Positions 57,954 to 64,000 of a DNA stretch of 64,000 nucleotides are shown in pieces. The translations under genes and the position numbers were made by a program. The number at the start of each line of letters is the position of its first letter. The stretch's first letter is position 1. The DNA lies in NCBI GenBank assembly GCA_012295275.1, contig CM022665.1, positions 24,738,001-24,802,000 of the forward strand, given 5' to 3'. The DNA is from Chrysomallon squamiferum. Lineage: Eukaryota > Animalia > Mollusca. The notes under the pieces were generated by a model. That model worked only from the letters and a program-made list of their open reading frames with translations. It was not told where the DNA came from and made no database searches.

Positions 57954-60341
57954 TATTTCAGTTATTAATAAAATATTCATTATTTTATTTGATGACGCAA
58001 ATTCTTAGTGATTAATCAGTAAAGCAACTTATAATGGAACGCACAAAACACACACACACACACACGAACATACACAACAGTAAATATTTCCGTATAATTA
58101 TTACGATCCGATATTTCCCAACCTTTAAACGATAGAAGGAAGATAACAACGCAGTGAGTGATTCAGTCAGTCGCCGTGTGTACAGTTTCAACACTGGATT
58201 GAACTAGACAAATACTGAAATAAATTGCTTGACAGACTTCAGATTGTCTGTGCTAGTAACTGACGATTATTACAAGCCTAATGTTTGCAGTCAGGTATAC
58301 GACTGTCGTCAACATGCACGACAGTTCCCTGTGTGCAAACAAAATGCACTTGTTGCCTTGCCAAGCACTGCACCCATTCTTCGTAATGCAGCATTCATTT
58401 GTACTTGAAAGGATGAAGTAGTGGTTAAGTGCTTTTACATGCAGCCTAAAATTAACACGTCTAAAACATCATAAGATGACACAGCTCCCAAGATGACTTT
58501 ATTTATCTGTTCGACACGACTTTAGGGCTTGTCTCAACCTCCGTTCTTGTTTTGTTTTTCTTTGGCTGATACTTTCCTTTAATTACTTGTCTTCTTGCAA
58601 AATGGAAAAAAACAAAACGGAATTACGATATTTTCGTTTTACACAAAACTCGTGCACGTTTGCACGTATATACAGACAAACACAGATACTTACACAGAAA
58701 AGATAAAAGTAAACACTTTCATAGTTTGACAGTCAATACCTTTCAGTTTTATTGTCTAACAAATGAATGATTATGCACAGAAAATTAAATCGTGCGTTGA
58801 AAGTTCTAAAACGAAACTGTAGAAAATAATTCTGTTTACAGAAAGATCGAACTGCTTAAGTAATCTCATTCAGTACACTTGATTAACGGATAAAATTCCA
58901 TTTTTTTAATTTTTTTTATTTTATTTGATCTTTTTCAGTGAATACCCGGATTATTCGCAAATCTGTTATATAATTTTACATTAGCTGGTTTAAAATCATT
59001 ACCATTTATATTTATTTTTTATAAATTAAATTTTATATTTATAATTTTTTGTTGTATTTTCTGTGTCGTTAAATTGATCCTTTTTATATTTATTTTTCAT
59101 AAATTATAGCTACAAACTGATAGCAGTTCTACGTTTTCATCCACATCAGTTAATTTAAATAAATACTCGTTTTCTATTGTAATATAACGTATATTTTTTA
59201 CTTGAAATTAGTATTATTTAATTTAATTTAAAAAAATTATAATTAGAAAACAATAGCTCTGTATATTTTTAAATCCACAATTCGTTTAAATTTAAAGTAT
59301 TTATTTATCTACCTATTTATTTATTTATTATTATTATTACTGTTATTACTATTATTATTATTACTATTACTATTATTATTATTATTGTTATTATTATTAT
59401 TATTATATATTTTATAAATTATGTCTAAATGTTTATAATATTTTCTATTTTATCAGCTAGTTTAAATTAAAAATCCTAATTAAATAATCATTCATCAGAA
59501 TTATAAATATTTATTTTTACCACATTAGTTAATATAAACTCACACTATCGTAAATTACTTCTAGACTATGACCGCTGTACATTTTATAGTACCAAATCCA
59601 GGTAACCAAAAAAATAACAAATTCTTTGAGCCGAAATGTCTAAATCACAAAATAATGCTCAGTTTCACGTATTCGACGCAATTGTATTTAAAATTCCTAT
59701 TCTTATGGAAAATCTAACCTAAATGAATTAATGGCGATATGTTTTAATAGCAGTTGTCAGATTTGTTTTCACAGTCTGAAGGTACAATAGTCGAACCTTT
59801 ACATTACATCACAGTTGATGTAAAGATATTCAGAGTGCTATATTAATGGATGTTCTGTAATTGTGAAGACAATTATCTATTGTTAATGTATTTATTGTAT
59901 GACAGAACAACGTTTTCGTTTGCACGTAGGTATTTTAAAGGAAGAAAACATCTTCCAGTTCATCGTGATAAATTAAACATATATATATTTTTTTATGGTT
60001 AGGTTAAGAATAAATAGTCTGTAGATAAAGGTATTCTTCTGTTTTGTTCATTTGTATGTTGCTTTTTATTTATTTTGTTTATTTTATTTTATTTATTTAT
60101 GTTGTTTTTATTACTGTTGACATAGCAATAATAATGATGATGATAATAATAATAAGAACAAAAACAACAACACTAGCACTACTACTACTAATAATAATAA
60201 CAACATTAATAATAATAAGAATAAATTAAAAAATTTTCTGTTTATAATTATAAGTGAAATTTAGTATATCTTAAATTTAATCCCAGTCTGTAGATAAACA
60301 CAAACAATAACAGCAATAAGAAAAAAAAAAAAAAAAAAACC

Positions 60342-60379
<38 letters not shown>

Positions 60380-60588
60380 AAAAAAACACAATAAATAAAC
60401 AAGAAGAAGCAAGCAAACAAACAAACAAAAAAAAAAACCTCAACAAAAGTAAAACAAATAAAAATAAACAACCAACTGAATTCACCTAGACGAAAATCGA
60501 ATAAATAAATAAATAAATAAATACATTTGTTTTAAATTTATTTAGAATTTTTATTATTTTTTAACAGAAATAAAAAAAAAAAAAAAAG

Positions 60589-60619
<31 letters not shown>

Positions 60620-62767
60620 AAATGATAAAAATAATCAAACAAAACAAATCAACAACAGCAACAATAATTTTCTCTATTTTTCTCTCTGAAACTGTTCGAC
60701 GGACCTAAGATTACTGTTTGCGTAATCCGTACAATAAAGTCAGTGTGTGTTAGATCGATGCTACGGAAGTGACGCCAAATCAGCGTATTTCCGGAAAATG
60801 AGGAAAATAAATGGAGAAATGTTAATTCGATATTCGGTCAATGAAATTAATTATTGTTAGGTGAACATCATATACCGCAGCATTAGTAGCTGTTATTAAC
60901 GTGGACGTAACGATGTTAATGTGTAAAGTGCTCTGAAGAAAAAAAAAAAAAAAAGAAGAAAAAAAAAAAAGAGATAAAAATCAGTTCAGATGTTAAAGGT
61001 TTATTATGTAACTTTTATGAACTTATAGTTTCATCATTGTTGTTTTGTTTTTTTTTGTTTTTTTTTTTATTTATCTTCTTTATTTTTTTCCTTCCTTTCG
61101 TTGTTTTTATTTGGGTTTTTTTCTTTTCATTACTGCTTCCATTCTCAATTTTTTCTTTATTTTGTTCTGTATTTTACCTTATTCTGTATTATTTTTTTTT
61201 TGTTCTGTATTTTACCTTGTTCTGTATTATCTTGATTTAATTTTTTTTTCCTTTTCCTTCCTTCTTTCTTTCTTATTTATTTTAATTTGTTCTTTCATTT
61301 TTACTTTCCTTTCTTGTTTTTTTTTTCCATCGTTTCTTTTTCTTACATTTTCTTGCTTTCTTCCATTCTTTTATTATTATTTTAAAGTTTGTTTCTCTTC
61401 GAATCACCATTTGATAAAAGATACCACGTTGGTTAAAAATTCATTGTAGCAAAATCATTTTCTCATTACTTGATTCGAATTTTTAAATAATCATTTTAGC
61501 AACCACACCCACAAAAAAAAAAAAAAAAAAAAAAAAATAAAATAAAATCCATTTATAATGACATTTAATGCAAGCATATTTAATGGAATTCTAGGATTAT
61601 TTGTAATAAAAACCTTAAATACATAAGTTAAAAAAATATATAAATCCATAAAATGATAAAGATGTATTTTTTTCTTTTTAAACTGAGTAAGTAGATATAC
61701 TTTGTTAAATGGTTCTACATCTCATTTTCCTCTTCGTCTACTTAAGTTACTGTTATGTTGACTTAATGATTTTTTTGAGGATGGTTTGGTTTATATCGAT
61801 ACTTTTAAATAAAGGTTAGGTCTTAATGGAGTAAGTCAAGTTAATGTATTAAGGTTAAGGAAGCTAAAAAGCTCACACGCACACACAGAGACTAAAGACA
61901 ACATGAACAATAAGAGGAACAGTAGGACAACATCAGCAATAGCAGCAACAACAACAACAACTATAATAATAATACTAATGATGATGATGATGATGATATG
62001 ATTATAATCATAAAACTAATTACGATGATTATATTAATAAATTGTTCCTTCAGCTAAGGTAAATTATGGTCGTTAATATGATATATTTTTGAAAATATTT
62101 TTTCATTATCTATATCAAGATAAACAAGAAGACATTTGTAACTATAAATACAGATTCAGCATATATATTTATATGTGTGTGTGTGTAATTTTTTTTTTTT
62201 TTTAAATAAGTTTCGATCACCTTAAAGGTATAGTGTGAAATTATTTCTATAAGCACTGTTTTTCTTTGTTTGGTTTGTTTTCCTCTCCAGTACCTACTTT
62301 GTACTCATATATTTGTCTGTGACATCTATTTACGTTACACAAATATCAAATTTTACAAGTTTATTTGGCTAACCAGTTCGCTGTGTTTATCTTTCGGCTG
62401 GAAATCGGAAATAAAATAGTAATGGTTTACAACAGAGCGATTTCCGTTCTTCTTTAATGGAAAGGATATTTGTAAGTATACATCAAAGTAATATATATGA
62501 GTGTGTATGCATGTTTGTTCGTTTGTTCGTTTGTGTGTGTGTGTGTGTGTGGCTTTAGCATGAGGCTCAGTGTATTTCAAGATCTAACCCGTTCAAAATA
62601 TCTCGTATCAAAGACTATGTTATGTACTGTCCACGTGTGTTTACGTGATTTAATCAGTATATAATGCACGAATATAAGATCGAGTATAAACTTCACGAGA
62701 TAAAATTGCTTTGCACATAGCAATATGGGGAAAAAAAAAAAACACATTCTTTTACGCCACCAGCGAA

Positions 62768-62825
<58 letters not shown>

Positions 62826-62848
62826 GTAATAATAATAATAATAATAAT
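62768..62848. repeat. (AAT)n microsatellite
   Basis: Directly visible. Confidence 0.95.
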
Positions 62849-63082
62849 TAAAAAAAAGTATAATAATAATAAAACATTATCAATAAAATAATACACAAAT
62901 GATACAAATATACAAGGTATAAAAATCTCAATTCTCCAATACAATTCCAGTAAAGAGAATAAAAAGGAAAAATACCAACAAACACAAAATTACAACAAAA
63001 GCAGATATAATTCACTCTTGACATATATATACAATAAAAAGTATAATTATAAAAAAGAAAAATGTATAGAAAAAAGACGACA

Positions 63083-63270
63083 TTATTTTCTTGTGCGATC
63101 GAAACACTGGCTGTAACATTCCTCGAAAGAATCCCAGTTATTTCCATTGGCCTCGTTGGAACATCCGCCGAAATAGAACATGTTACATCGGTTGGTCTCG
63201 TAGTCGTAGTACACTCGTGACATCGCGGCCCGGCATCGTCCTGGGTGCTTGGGAAGGAGACATGGGTTCT
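63083..63270 (-). CDS. Kunitz/BPTI-type serine protease inhibitor, terminal exon (5'-partial)
   Basis: Acceptor tacattgcag (phase 1). NPCLLPKHPGRCRAAMSRVYYDYETNRCNMFYFGGCSNEANGNNWDSFEECYSQC has all six Kunitz Cys, the F.FGGC motif and P1 Arg. Confidence 0.9.
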
Positions 63271-64000
63271 CTGCAATGTATGAATGAATGAATATTTGCA
63301 CAGCCAAAATCGTTGTCAGTACATGAAACTAAAATATATATATATAATGCTTAGGTAATGTTTCTTGATGCCAATGGATTGTCATTAGAAGTATAGACAT
63401 TATATACATATACATATACATATATATATAAAAAATTATTCCTCCATTATTATTATTATTTTTTTAATTTTTAAAATACTATCACCATGACGTTACGCTT
63501 TCTGAAACGAAATGAATCATATCTGATATGTATATATATAAATAAATAAAATAATAATAATAAAAAAAATATATATACAATTAAAAAAATATAATAATAA
63601 AAATTAAAAAATAAACAAAAATATCGCTGTCGTGTCGTAACCTGCTGTATCGATAAATCGATGATCGATAGACTGCAATTCTCGATGATATAATGATGCG
63701 TTACGCAAGAAAATCATTACATCACGATGTTTTTACGCTTGGCTGATTTCTACAGGATTTCGTAAGAAAGGTTTAATCAAATTGTATTTTCTCACATAGG
63801 AATTACCCGTTTTTAAACTAATCGATGTTTTGATTTGCTGTCAGATCACAAGTGTTTTTATCTAAAGTTAAATGCAGTAATTTAATTATACGTTAATTTA
63901 ATTCATAGAAATTATATTGTTTCTTTTTATTTAATTGGATATTGAATTTAATTTTACTGAATTTAATTTATTTATTTCATTGGATTCAGACTTAACTGCA

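Noticed and set aside
63642-63720. ATG-initiated phase-1 segment MIFLRNASLYHRELQSIDHRFIDTA as the first exon of the Kunitz gene
   Set aside because: Weak donor (GTTACG) and no signal-peptide character. The true upstream exon is probably outside the window.

Overview
AT-rich, microsatellite-dense animal genomic DNA with spliceosomal introns. Gene content suggests a lophotrochozoan, probably a mollusc (inference only). All gene models were built by hand from GT-AG boundaries and reading-frame phase. Left half: the 3' part of a glutaminyl-peptide cyclotransferase gene (+, 461-6257, with candidate alternative C-terminal exons) converges on a complete 8-exon serum response factor gene (-, 29356-17467, 460 aa) whose promoter holds three perfect CArG boxes. 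Right half: three paralogous genes for secreted (GMMGGY)n Gly/Met/Tyr-rich peptides whose stop codon is split by an intron so that they end in -YGK (an amidation signal); two of them sit in a ~2 kb inverted duplication. Further right are an N-acylated (MGCxxS) globin, a secreted chitin-binding type 2 + PAN/apple protein, an orphan Cys-rich exon and the last exon of a Kunitz inhibitor. Tigger, hAT-like, MULE, SINE and LINE relics are scattered throughout. Best novelty candidates: the GMMGGY peptide cluster, the QPCT isoform ending in RSEL, and duplicated decoy splice acceptors in SRF and QPCT.
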